Shown in pieces: positions 1-8,571 of a DNA stretch of 32,000 nt (position 1 is its first letter; every line of letters starts with the position of its first letter). The translations under genes were made by a program, and so were the position numbers. Where the stretch lies: assembly GCF_001548275.1 (NCBI RefSeq), contig NZ_AP014945.1, positions 210,001-242,000 on the forward strand, read 5' to 3'. The notes beneath the pieces were generated by a model, which did no database searches, was not told the origin of the DNA, and saw only the letters and a list, made by a program, of their open reading frames with translations. Origin of the DNA: Caldimicrobium thiodismutans (GTDB lineage Bacteria; Desulfobacterota; Thermodesulfobacteria; Thermodesulfobacteriales; Thermodesulfobacteriaceae).

Positions 1-662
1 AGGAAATAGTAAAAAAGGTAGCCAAGACGGGCTTTTCTGATCTGACCGAAGAGGAGAAAAAATATCTTCCTGAAATGGATCTTTATAATCCTGCTTATAA
101 AGATTTTTTGAAGGGTATTTTTGAATCACACAGATTTGATAATTCGACTAATTTTGAATCCTTTTATCAGGCACAACTTTTAAGAGATGAGGCGATGGCA
201 GAAAGAATCTTTGAATATCTCAAAAAAAATCCGGAGAGAAAGATAATTGTAATTACTGGGAAGGGACATCTTCAGTATTATTACGGTATCCCCCATGCCC
301 TAAAAAGGAGAAATTTTACCAATTTTAAAACTATTATTCTTGGGGAGACAGAGGACTTTAAACCCTCCTTAGGGGATTACTGGTTTAATCCAGCCCCTGT
401 TGAATATGAAAAGACCCTTCAGCTGGGTGTAATTCTTGATGAAACCTCTGAGGGGCTTAAAATCAAGGAGGTCTTAAAAGATAGCTTAGCTGAAAGGAGT
501 GGACTTAGGGCTGGAGATATTCTTTTAAAAGCAGATGAAAGAACTTTAAAGAGGATTAGCGATCTTAAGATAGTTCTTACCTTTAAGGAAAAAGGTTCTG
601 AATTAGCTTTGACCTTCAAGCGGGAAAATGAAAATAAAAGAATACAAATTTTATTAAAGTAA
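1..662 (+). CDS. ChaN-like (haem-binding/Tiki-type) protein with C-terminal PDZ domain; 5' end lies outside the window
   Basis: The frame is open from base 3, so the M at 75 is internal. GKGHLQYYYGIP and RDEAMAE resemble ChaN/Cofac_haem_bdg proteins. The C-terminal LGVILDE..GLKIKEV..SGLRAGDILLKADE is PDZ-like. Confidence 0.55.
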   Translation, partial: EIVKKVAKTGFSDLTEEEKKYLPEMDLYNPAYKDFLKGIFESHRFDNSTNFESFYQAQLLRDEAMAERIFEYLKKNPERKIIVITGKGHLQYYYGIPHALKRRNFTNFKTIILGETEDFKPSLGDYWFNPAPVEYEKTLQLGVILDETSEGLKIKEVLKDSLAERSGLRAGDILLKADERTLKRISDLKIVLTFKEKGSELALTFKRENENKRIQILLK

Positions 663-673
663 AAGATTTAAAT

Positions 674-703
674 AAAAAAGGGCCCAAAGGGCCCTTTAAA
701 AAA
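674..703. terminator. Bidirectional intrinsic terminator between convergent genes
   Basis: AAAAAA-GGGCCC-AAA-GGGCCC-TTTAAAAAA: a GC stem (680-694) flanked by an A-run and a T-run, so it can act on both strands. Confidence 0.6.
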
Positions 704-717
704 GCCTATAGTTTATT

Positions 718-990
718 TTACTTAGCTGCGTCTTCTAATTTTTTCCCAGGTGCAAACTTAACAACCTTTTTAGCTGGAATTTTAAGAGGCTCACCTGTTC
801 TGGGATTTCTACCGCTTCTGGCTGCTCTTTTGACAACCTGAAAGGTTCCAAAACCAACAAGGACCACCTTGTCACCTTTGGAAATAGCTTCTTCTACCGC
901 CTGCATGAAGGCATCTAATAACTTTTCAGCATTGGCCTTGGTGGTTCCAGAGATTTCGGCCATTCTCTTAACTAAATCTGCCTTGTTCAT
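718..990 (-). CDS. hup: HU family DNA-binding protein
   Basis: 90 aa with MNKADLV...GFGTF.V..RAAR.GRNPRTGE.L.IPA, the canonical HU/IHF signature. Confidence 0.95.
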   Translation of the reverse strand: MNKADLVKRMAEISGTTKANAEKLLDAFMQAVEEAISKGDKVVLVGFGTFQVVKRAARSGRNPRTGEPLKIPAKKVVKFAPGKKLEDAAK

Positions 991-1022
991 AGCTCCCTCC
1001 TTCCGTAAAGATTTTTAAATTT

Positions 1023-1050
1023 TTTATACTAAGGTTTAAAATTTTGTCAA
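1023..1050 (-). promoter_or_regulatory. Sigma70-like promoter candidate for the HU gene
   Basis: On the minus strand: TTGACA (1045-1050), 16 nt spacer, TATAAA (1023-1028), about 30 nt upstream of the GGAGG RBS. Confidence 0.3.
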
Positions 1051-1084
1051 GGGTAAATTTTACTTTTTTTAGGATTTTTTTCTC

Positions 1085-2179
1085 TCAAGCATCAAAAAAA
1101 TGAGGGAAGGGGAGCCTTTTTCTAAAAGCAAGGACAGCAAGTTGACGCAGGAGGTGATCTGCAAGGACAATTCTCGTCATAGCAGATAGCACAGGAACAA
1201 TTCTTGGAATAGCAGATATATCATGTCTTCCCCCAATCTGAATCTCTATTTCCTCTTTTAGAAGATTAATTGTCCTCTGTGTTTTTCTGTGACTTGGAAT
1301 AGGTTTTACCGCAACTTTTAAAATGAGGTCTTGTCCGGAGGAAATTCCACCTAAGAGTCCTCCGGCATCATTTTTAAGAAAACCCTGTGAAGAGATTGGA
1401 TCGTTATTTAGGGAACCTTTCATCTCTGCAACCTTAAAGCCTGCTCCTATTTCAAAGCCCTTGACTGCTCCTACAGAACAAATGGCCTTAGCAAGCTCAG
1501 CTGATAACTTATCAAAAACTGGTTCACCAAGACCTGCGGGGACATTTTTAGCCAGGATTTCAACGATACCACCTAAGGTGTCTCCTTCTTTTGAAGTCTT
1601 TTCAATTTTTTCTATCATCTTTTCATAAGCAAAAGGGTCAGGACAGAAGAGGCGATTTTGGTAAATAAAATTAAGATCTCGTGCATGGGCGGAAATGCCT
1701 CCAAGATTTATTGTATAGGCGTGCACCTCAATATTATATTCTTCAAGTATCCGTTTGGCAACAGCTCCAGCTGCAACCCTGGCCACAGTTTCTCTTCCAC
1801 TTGCTCTTCCACCACCCCTGTGATCTCTTATTCCATATTTCATGAAGTAGGTAAAGTCTGCATGTCCTGGACGAAAGACCTCTTTGAGAGGTTCGTAAGC
1901 TGAACTCTGAGGGTCCTCATTGTAGATAATAAGGGCAATGGGGGTCCCGGTAGTTAGTCCTTCAAAGACTCCTGAAAGAAGGTGAACTTTGTCTTTTTCC
2001 TTGCGAGGTGTTTCACCTTTTCCCTTTCCCGGCCTTCTCTTTTCTAATTCTTCCTGAATATATTCTTCTGATAGGCTTAAACCCGGAGGGCAACCATCTA
2101 CTATTGCCCCAAGGGCAGGCCCATGCGATTCACCAAAAGTTGTAACCCTGAAAAGGGTTCCAATTGTATTCCCTGCCAT
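1085..2179 (-). CDS. aroC: Chorismate synthase
   Basis: 364 aa. N-terminal GNT.G.LFRVTTFGESHG and later RPGHAD, typical of AroC. The gene stops with TGA. Confidence 0.95.
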   Translation of the reverse strand: MAGNTIGTLFRVTTFGESHGPALGAIVDGCPPGLSLSEEYIQEELEKRRPGKGKGETPRKEKDKVHLLSGVFEGLTTGTPIALIIYNEDPQSSAYEPLKEVFRPGHADFTYFMKYGIRDHRGGGRASGRETVARVAAGAVAKRILEEYNIEVHAYTINLGGISAHARDLNFIYQNRLFCPDPFAYEKMIEKIEKTSKEGDTLGGIVEILAKNVPAGLGEPVFDKLSAELAKAICSVGAVKGFEIGAGFKVAEMKGSLNNDPISSQGFLKNDAGGLLGGISSGQDLILKVAVKPIPSHRKTQRTINLLKEEIEIQIGGRHDISAIPRIVPVLSAMTRIVLADHLLRQLAVLAFRKRLPFPHFFDA

Positions 2180-2205
2180 GGGAGTTAATTTACGCTAAAA
2201 AAGAA

Positions 2206-2432
2206 CTTTGTCAATCTCTTGTGTCCGTCCGTATCCTTTGAGATTTAAGAGGATTTTTCTGTTATTTCGATTGTAGGAAAATGGACCTGTATTTTGTAGG
2301 GGCAAACCTATGTGTTTGCCTGTTATGTGTTCCTTTGCATTATTGGGCAGACACACAGGTCTGCCCTTACTTTTACCTCTCACCTTTTCCCACCCTTTCT
2401 TTTACTTTCAAAGATCTGAACCTCTGTAGTTG
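2206..2432 (-). repeat. Composite dispersed intergenic element (head, two hairpins, tail) upstream of aroC
   Basis: The head at 2383-2425 is related to 23058-23110 and 28531-28590. Hairpins are GGCAAAC/GTTTGCC (2301-2320) and GGGCAGAC/GTCTGCCC (2345-2366). The tail at 2206-2246 is related to 28632-28674 and contains a TTGACA. Confidence 0.6.
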
Positions 2433-2509
2433 GAGAGGGGTTAACTTGAATTTTGAGATTAGGGATGTATTTTATCTTTATAAATATCTTACTATTCTTG
2501 GAGGGCGAT

Positions 2510-3331
2510 ATGGACACCACAGCGATGACCTTTGATCCAGAAAAGGAAACTATGTCTGAAGAGGCCAAACTCATACAGGACATGGAAAAATATGAAATTA
2601 GAACTTTTGGAGATTTTATAAGAGTACTTTTATTTAAACCGGAATGGTTGGAATTTTTAAGGAGCATCATTCTGACCCATGAACTTATTGAGCTTCCACG
2701 AGTTTTTCAAGGATTTCTGGAAAAGGAATTTAGACCTCTCAAAGAAGATGTAAGTAGTTTAAAAAATGATGTAAGCGTGCTTAAAGAAGATGTGAGAGAG
2801 CTCAAAGTGAGAGTGGATAAGCTTGAAAAGGATGTGGATAAATTAAAACAAGATGTAAATATTTTAAAACAAGATGTAGAGATTCTCAAAAAGGATATGG
2901 CCTATATTAAAGGAGAATTTGGGCGCTTTAAAGGAAGTGATTTTGAACGAAAAATTTGTGAGAGATATTATGCCTATTTTGGAAGAGCCCTTAAAAAACT
3001 TAAAAGAATTCAAATGGAAGAGATTTTACCTCTTCTTGATAAGGCAGAAGAGGCAGGCTTAATAACTGAAGATGAGGCAGATGAAATTAGAAGGCTTGAT
3101 CTTATCCTTCAGGGAGTGATAAAAAGCACAGGAAAAAGGGTTGTTCTTGCAGTAGAGGTTTCTTACAGCCTTTATGGAGATGATTTAGAGCGAGCTTTAA
3201 GAAGGGCTGATATTCTTTCAACTCTTTTGAAAGAAGAGGTGATTCCTACTCTTGTTTGCGTTGAAGCTCAAGAGGAGCTCATTAAAGAGGCTGATGAAAA
3301 GGGTATCTATCTTTTAAAAACCTCTTATTAA
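2510..3331 (+). CDS. Coiled-coil protein with heptad array and a possible PD-(D/E)xK-like C-terminal domain; hypothetical
   Basis: GGAGGG RBS 5 nt before the ATG at 2510 (the track start at 2453 is less likely). Eight LK.DV..-type heptads at 2741-2908. The C-terminal LDLILQG...VVLAVEVSYSL..DDLERALRRA pattern resembles restriction-endonuclease-fold proteins. Confidence 0.55.
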   Translation: MDTTAMTFDPEKETMSEEAKLIQDMEKYEIRTFGDFIRVLLFKPEWLEFLRSIILTHELIELPRVFQGFLEKEFRPLKEDVSSLKNDVSVLKEDVRELKVRVDKLEKDVDKLKQDVNILKQDVEILKKDMAYIKGEFGRFKGSDFERKICERYYAYFGRALKKLKRIQMEEILPLLDKAEEAGLITEDEADEIRRLDLILQGVIKSTGKRVVLAVEVSYSLYGDDLERALRRADILSTLLKEEVIPTLVCVEAQEELIKEADEKGIYLLKTSY

Positions 3332-3332
3332 A

Positions 3333-4100
3333 ATGAAACCTGAGGAATCCCTTAAGCCTTCTTGGGTATATTCAGAAATTCCCTATTATCGAGTAAAGGT
3401 TAGTTCCTCACTTTTTAGGTTTCGGGTAGTTTATAAGCAGACAGATCTCTTTGTTCTTGCGGAGAAAGATCTTACTGAAGAGACTTTAAGGCTTGTTATG
3501 GAGATAAGAAGGCCTCTTGAGGCCTATATTTTGAAAAATCCCCTTTTTTTAAAAAGTTTGGTGCCTTTGCCTGAGGATCCCTTAGCTCCTCAGATTGTGA
3601 AAAAAATGCTTTTGGCAGGAAAAGTGGCTGGAGTTGGTCCTATGGCTGGAGTTGCAGGAGCCATTGCAGAGGAGGTTGGAAGAGCCCTTCTTGAAAGGGG
3701 GTTAACAGGGGAGGTAGCGGTTGAAAATGGAGGTGATATCTTTCTTTCCCTCAAAAAAGAAGCAAGAGTTTCCCTTTTTGCAGGAGATTCCCCCTTTTCA
3801 GGGAAAATTGCCCTTCTTATTCCCCAGGAACTTCAGCCCTGTGGATTATGCACAAGTTCTGGAAAGGTGGGACATAGTTTGAGTTTTGGTAAGGCAGATG
3901 CCATTACAGTGGTGCATAAAAACACAGCCATTGCCGATGCTTTAGCCACAGCTTTTGGAAATATGCTAAAAGAGGGCAAAGATTTCAAAAAGGTTTCAGC
4001 CAAAGCAGAAAAAATTGATGGCTTACTTGGTGTCTTTGCCATACTCAAAGACAGATTTTACGCCCTTTCCCAAAAAATTCGCATAGAACCCCTCTCTTAA
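3333..4100 (+). CDS. UPF0280 / ApbE-like family protein
   Basis: 255 aa. YR...ETDL-like N-terminus (YKQTDLFV), GVGPMAGVAGAIAE and ADALATA motifs as recalled for UPF0280. The start follows the upstream stop by 1 nt. Confidence 0.65.
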   Translation: MKPEESLKPSWVYSEIPYYRVKVSSSLFRFRVVYKQTDLFVLAEKDLTEETLRLVMEIRRPLEAYILKNPLFLKSLVPLPEDPLAPQIVKKMLLAGKVAGVGPMAGVAGAIAEEVGRALLERGLTGEVAVENGGDIFLSLKKEARVSLFAGDSPFSGKIALLIPQELQPCGLCTSSGKVGHSLSFGKADAITVVHKNTAIADALATAFGNMLKEGKDFKKVSAKAEKIDGLLGVFAILKDRFYALSQKIRIEPLS

Positions 4101-5236
4101 TAAACAGGAAAATCTGGATTTACCTCCTTTGCATAGGCATTAAGGCCACCTTTAAGGTGTCTTACTCTAAACCCTGCAGAAAGTAACAATTCTAAAGCCT
4201 GATAGCTTCGCTTTCCTTCCTTACAAATAACTACATATTCTTTGGTGGGATCAAGCTCTCCTATCCTTTGAGGAAGTTCATCAAGGGGAATAAAAATACT
4301 TTTAGGAAGACTACAAATTTCCCATTCATGGGGATTTCTTATATCAAGAATAGTTATTGGAGAGTCCCTCTTTAAAAGTTCTTCAAGTTCTTTTGGAGAA
4401 AGATCATATTCGGCAAGTTCTGGCTTAAATTCCCTTCCACAGAAATCTTCGTAATCAATAAGTTCATGAATACTTGGATTTTCACCACAGAGCGGACAGG
4501 CTGGATCCTTTCTGATTTTTAAAGTATGAAATTCCATCCTCAGAGCATCATAAAGAAGAAGCTTTCCAATTAGTGGTTCACCAATTCCAAGAAGAAGCTT
4601 TATAGCCTCAGTTGCCTGTAGAGCTCCTATAACTCCTGGAAGAACTCCAAAAACTCCTCCTTCTGCACAGCTTGGAACTGTCCCTGGTGGTGGAGGAACT
4701 GGATAGAGACATCTATAACAGGGTCCTTTTTTACCATCAAAAACCGTTACCTGGCCGTCAAAGCGAAAAATACTTCCATATATAAGAGGCTTCCCTGAAA
4801 AATAAGCAGCATCATTAAGTAAATAACGGGTGTGAAAATTATCTGTTCCATCCACAATAAGATCATAATCTTTGATAATCTCCATCACATTCTCCCTGTT
4901 CAAAAGGAGATTATAAGTCTCTACTTCAATGTAGGGGTTTATCTCAAGGAGCCTTTCCTTTGCTGATTCAACCTTTGGAACTCCGATCGTGGATGTGGAA
5001 TGAACAATCTGGCGTTGAAGGTTACTTTCATCCACAAGATCGTAATCTACAAGACCAATCCTTCCAACTCCTGCTGCAGCAAGATAGAGAGAAACAGGAG
5101 AGCCAAGCCCACCAGTTCCCACAATGAGAACTTTTGCCCCTTTAAGTCTTTTCTGCCCTCTTATTCCCACCTCAGGTATAAGAAGATGCCTGCTATAGCG
5201 ATAGATCTCCTCCTTGGTCAGCTCCTTTTTTCTCAT
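4097..5236 (-). CDS. Sulfur-carrier adenylyltransferase (MoeB/ThiF/MoeZ type) with C-terminal rhodanese domain
   Basis: GTGGLGSP nucleotide loop, CxxC pairs (CYRC, CPLC), and a C-terminal rhodanese with a CKEGKRS active-site loop. Confidence 0.9.
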   Translation of the reverse strand: MRKKELTKEEIYRYSRHLLIPEVGIRGQKRLKGAKVLIVGTGGLGSPVSLYLAAAGVGRIGLVDYDLVDESNLQRQIVHSTSTIGVPKVESAKERLLEINPYIEVETYNLLLNRENVMEIIKDYDLIVDGTDNFHTRYLLNDAAYFSGKPLIYGSIFRFDGQVTVFDGKKGPCYRCLYPVPPPPGTVPSCAEGGVFGVLPGVIGALQATEAIKLLLGIGEPLIGKLLLYDALRMEFHTLKIRKDPACPLCGENPSIHELIDYEDFCGREFKPELAEYDLSPKELEELLKRDSPITILDIRNPHEWEICSLPKSIFIPLDELPQRIGELDPTKEYVVICKEGKRSYQALELLLSAGFRVRHLKGGLNAYAKEVNPDFPVY

Positions 5237-5249
5237 TTACCTTCCCCCT

Positions 5250-5489
5250 TCATTCTACAATATCCCCGGTTACAGGTTCAACCTTTATCTTCAATCTTTT
5301 CAAGTATTTTATAGCCTTCTCAAGATTTTCCTTTTTTCCGCTAAGTTCTAAAACCATCTCCCCTACCTTTTCAGTAACATTAGCTCTGCGAATATTTGGA
5401 ACCACATTGTATCTCACAGCCATTCTGTAAATTACAGGTTTTTTAATTTGTTCTTCGGGAAATATTAAATGAAGCCACATCTTAGGCAT
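5250..5489 (-). CDS. NIL-domain protein
   Basis: 79 aa. PVIYRM...YNV.PNI..A.V......M.LEL.G pattern as in the MetN C-terminal NIL domain. Confidence 0.65.
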   Translation of the reverse strand: MPKMWLHLIFPEEQIKKPVIYRMAVRYNVVPNIRRANVTEKVGEMVLELSGKKENLEKAIKYLKRLKIKVEPVTGDIVE

Positions 5490-5506
5490 AGGCCACCTCC
5501 ATTTTT

Positions 5507-5782
5507 TTATCCACCTGCTATTGCTGGCACAATGGAGACCACATCTCCATCCTTTATAGGGGTCTCCTCACCCTGTAAAAACCGAATATCTTCATCATTT
5601 ACAAAGAAATTAATGAATCTCCGAAGATTTCCCTCTTCATCACAAAGTCTCTCCTTAAGCCCTGGATACCTTCTCTCAAGATCTTCAATTAGTTCCTTAA
5701 TCGTTGCCCCTTCAGCTTCAACTTCCTTTTTACCACCAGTTAAGGATAAAAGAGGAGTTGGGATTCTAACCTTTACAGCCAT
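5507..5782 (-). CDS. MoaD/ThiS/CysO-type sulfur carrier protein
   Basis: 91 aa beta-grasp-like protein ending in AIAGG (C-terminal Gly-Gly). Confidence 0.85.
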   Translation of the reverse strand: MAVKVRIPTPLLSLTGGKKEVEAEGATIKELIEDLERRYPGLKERLCDEEGNLRRFINFFVNDEDIRFLQGEETPIKDGDVVSIVPAIAGG

Positions 5783-5784
5783 GG

Positions 5785-7014
5785 CTACTCACCTCCCTTT
5801 ATGTGTTTTTTGAAATCTTCAAGATTGGGTTTAATTCTGATTAGAGGTTTCAAATGATTAACTACTACTTCCTGGGTTTTAAGGCCATTTCCAGTAATAC
5901 AGATAACTACCTCTTCATCCCGTGGAAGGATTTCCTTTTCAATAAGCTTTTTGGTAACAGCCACCGTTACTCCCCCTGCAGTTTCTGTGAAGACCCCTTC
6001 AGTTTCTGCAAGAAGTTTTATTCCCTCAATAACCTCCTCATCACTTACCGCCTCTGCATAGCCACCAGTTTTTCTAACTATCTCCAAGGCATAGACCCCA
6101 TCTGCAGGATTTCCAATAGCAATGGATTTGGCAATGGTTTTGGGTTTCACAGGCTTAATAATATTGGCTCCTTCTTTAAAGGCATTTACAATAGGAGCAC
6201 AACCCTCTGCCTGAGCTATAAAAAATCTTGTTTTGAATTCCGGAATAAGCCCGAGCTGGTAAAACTCAGCTAAACCTTTGTAGATTTTAGTAACAAGTGA
6301 TCCTGAGGCAGCAGGAATAACTATATTCTGAGGAGCTCTGAAGCCAAGCTGGTCAGCTATTTCAAATCCATAAGTTTTTGACCCCTCTGCATAGTAGGGT
6401 CTTAAATTGACATTTACAAAAGCCCAGCGAAAGGTCATAGCAATCTCTGCACAAAGCCTGTTTACCTCATCATAATTTCCATAAACTGCAACAAGATTTA
6501 CTCCATAAATCAAGGAAGAAAGAATTTTTGAGGTCTCAAGATCATAGGGCACAAAAACATAACAATCAAACCCACTTGCCCTTGATTGTGATGCCACAGA
6601 ATTGGCAAGATTTCCCGTTGATGCACAGGCAACAGTTTTAAAACCAAATTCCCGTGCCTTTGAAAGTGCCACAGCAACCACACGGTCTTTAAAAGAAAGA
6701 GTAGGATGGTTCACTGAATCATCCTTTATATAGCATTTTTTTATCCCTAAGGCCTGTGCCAGATTTTGGGCAGAAAAAAGAGGGGTAAAGCCAGTATTCA
6801 AACCGCAAACAGGCTCCCCATCAATAGGGAGAAGTTCCCGATATCTCCAGATATTTGGTGGTCTTTTTTCAAGTTCTTTTTGAGAAAATACCTTTTTTAT
6901 GGCAGAATAATCATATTCCACCTCAAGAGGTCCAAAACACCATTCGCAAACAAAAATGGGCTCTTTGGGATATTTTCTTCCACATTCTCTACATTTAAGC
7001 CCTTTAACAAACAT
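5785..7014 (-). CDS. Threonine-synthase-like PLP enzyme with N-terminal zinc ribbon
   Basis: CRECG...CEWC ribbon, SFKDR PLP-lysine motif, 409 aa. Confidence 0.85.
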   Translation of the reverse strand: MFVKGLKCRECGRKYPKEPIFVCEWCFGPLEVEYDYSAIKKVFSQKELEKRPPNIWRYRELLPIDGEPVCGLNTGFTPLFSAQNLAQALGIKKCYIKDDSVNHPTLSFKDRVVAVALSKAREFGFKTVACASTGNLANSVASQSRASGFDCYVFVPYDLETSKILSSLIYGVNLVAVYGNYDEVNRLCAEIAMTFRWAFVNVNLRPYYAEGSKTYGFEIADQLGFRAPQNIVIPAASGSLVTKIYKGLAEFYQLGLIPEFKTRFFIAQAEGCAPIVNAFKEGANIIKPVKPKTIAKSIAIGNPADGVYALEIVRKTGGYAEAVSDEEVIEGIKLLAETEGVFTETAGGVTVAVTKKLIEKEILPRDEEVVICITGNGLKTQEVVVNHLKPLIRIKPNLEDFKKHIKGGE

Positions 7015-7024
7015 TTTTCACCTC

Positions 7025-7462
7025 CTAAGGAACAATTTCAAGGATTTCTTCTTTAAATTTTCCTTCTTCAAAAAAGAAAACCCTGAGGTCCTTCAATCCT
7101 TCTTTTTCAATCCGCCCTATGAGATAAAGATATCCTTCCCAAGCCACTTCCTCATCAAAGGAAGAGGGTAAGGCTGGATAATGGGGATGAGAATGAAAGA
7201 TTCCTAAGACTTCAAATCCAGAGGCCTCAGCTTCTCTTTCCGTAATTAGAAAATCCTTGGGATCAATTTGATATCTTCTTTTTCTTTCTTCTTTAACTGG
7301 CCAAACATTTTCTACAGGTTTTATTTTTACTATTTTAAAGGTATGGTCTTCCCTTTTCCCGATGAGGAGAGCACAGGCCTCTTCTGGATAACAAGTCCTT
7401 CCCCATCTTTCAATTGCACCTTTAAGTTCCTCAGGTAAAATTACCCTTTTTTTAAAGTTCAT
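7025..7462 (-). CDS. JAMM/MPN+ metalloprotease (Mec+/CysO-hydrolase type)
   Basis: EACALL ... HSHPHYPALPSSFD is the JAMM motif E..HxH..S..D. The start at M6 (7462) is preferred, and it overlaps the cysM stop. Confidence 0.85.
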   Translation of the reverse strand: MNFKKRVILPEELKGAIERWGRTCYPEEACALLIGKREDHTFKIVKIKPVENVWPVKEERKRRYQIDPKDFLITEREAEASGFEVLGIFHSHPHYPALPSSFDEEVAWEGYLYLIGRIEKEGLKDLRVFFFEEGKFKEEILEIVP

Positions 7463-8387
7463 GCCAGAACCTCTCACTTAGATACTTATGTCCGCTATCT
7501 GGGAAGAGGGTAACAATTACTCCTTCCTTAAGGCTTGAAGCTATTTTAAGAGCTCCTGCAAGAGCTGCCCCAGAGGAGATCCCAACAAAAAGGGAAAGCC
7601 TTTCAAGTAAAGCCTTCACAAAGAAATAAGCCTCTTCAGTTTTAACAAAAATTACCTCATCAAGAATACTTTCATCGTAGATAGCAGGCTTTAAGGCACT
7701 GGGCATATGTTTCAGTCCTTCAATTCCATGAAGGGGACTATCTGGCTGAATCCCAACAAGCTTAATCTCAGGATTTTTCTCCTTTAGATACCTTCCCACT
7801 CCCATCATGGTGCCTCCTGTTCCAAGCCCTGCCACAAAGTGGGTTATTCTCCCTGAGGTGCCCTCCCAAATCTCAGGACCTGTGGTTTTATAATGAGCTA
7901 AATAATTGGCAGGATTACTATATTGATCTGCATAATAATAGAGTTCTGCCTCTCTTTCATAAAGTTCCCTTGCCTTGAGTATAGCCCCATCAATTCCCTC
8001 AAGGGGATCGGTAAGAATGAGTTCTGCCCCGAAGATCTTAAGAAGCTTGATTCTTTCAGGGCTTGCATTGGATGGAAGACACAGAGTTACCCCATAACCC
8101 CTCTGTCTGGCAAGAAGAGTATAGGCAATTCCCATGTTGCCAGATGTGGCATCAAGAAGTCTCTTTCCTGGTTTTAAAAGCTCCTCTCTTTCTGCAGATA
8201 AAATAATTTCCCTTGCAGGACGGTCTTTTACTGAGCCCCCAGGATTATACCACTCCGCCTTCGCATAAAGCTTAACCCCTTTATTACCTTTTAAGAAAAT
8301 TCCCAGATCAATAAGAGGAGTATTCCCAATCATGTTATATATATCTTTAAATATAAATAAATTTTTAAAACTTTGATCTTCTCTCAT
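7452..8387 (-). CDS. cysM: Cysteine synthase family PLP enzyme (CysM-like, probably thiocarboxylate-dependent)
   Basis: NPGGSVKDRPA PLP-lysine motif and a G.GTGGT loop. GGAG RBS before the ATG at 8387. Confidence 0.9.
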   Translation of the reverse strand: MREDQSFKNLFIFKDIYNMIGNTPLIDLGIFLKGNKGVKLYAKAEWYNPGGSVKDRPAREIILSAEREELLKPGKRLLDATSGNMGIAYTLLARQRGYGVTLCLPSNASPERIKLLKIFGAELILTDPLEGIDGAILKARELYEREAELYYYADQYSNPANYLAHYKTTGPEIWEGTSGRITHFVAGLGTGGTMMGVGRYLKEKNPEIKLVGIQPDSPLHGIEGLKHMPSALKPAIYDESILDEVIFVKTEEAYFFVKALLERLSLFVGISSGAALAGALKIASSLKEGVIVTLFPDSGHKYLSERFWHEL

Positions 8388-8571
8388 CTTTTTCTCCTTG
8401 TTTAAAGTTTTTTAAAGAGAAAAAAACGAGAAAATCTTATTAGAAGGTACAGGGACACTCCGGGCACATTCGCCCGGAACAACGGCAGAAAATATTGATA
8501 ATAATTTCAAAATTAAAATTTACCTTCATACTAATTTTAGTTTATAACTTAATTTTTAAATTTGTCAAGAG
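8388..8571 (-). promoter_or_regulatory. Promoter candidate plus structured leader of about 130 nt for the cysM operon
   Basis: On the minus strand: TTGACA (8563-8568), 16 nt spacer, TATAAA (8541-8546). The leader has a long-range GAAGGUA/UACCUUC pairing enclosing a CCGGGC-GAAUGU-GCCCGG hairpin. Confidence 0.3.

Noticed and set aside
1323-1903. Track ORFs 1323-1628 and 1658-1903 on the plus strand
   Set aside because: They lie entirely antisense within the well-supported aroC gene, have low-complexity S/P-rich translations and show no RBS. They are shadow ORFs.
2195-2670. Track ORFs 2195-2383, 2281-2535 and 2380-2670
   Set aside because: They cover the composite repeat and hairpins upstream of aroC, and their peptides recur only where the repeat recurs. 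The real downstream gene starts at 2510, behind a GGAGGG RBS.
4097-4100. Convergent genes sharing the TTAA that forms both stop codons, as a possible regulatory feature
   Set aside because: It is real in the sequence but most simply reflects genome compaction. There is no structure or motif to support a function.
5469-7171. Plus-strand ORFs 5469-5813, 5854-6273, 6766-7056 and 6956-7171
   Set aside because: They are antisense to the MoaD-like, ThrC-like and JAMM genes. Their composition is typical of reverse-frame artefacts.
8388-8571. SAM-I (S-box) riboswitch upstream of cysM
   Set aside because: I could not find the conserved SAM-I core elements (for example the GAGGGA...GCAACC...GGTGC pattern). 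It is kept only as an unclassified structured leader.
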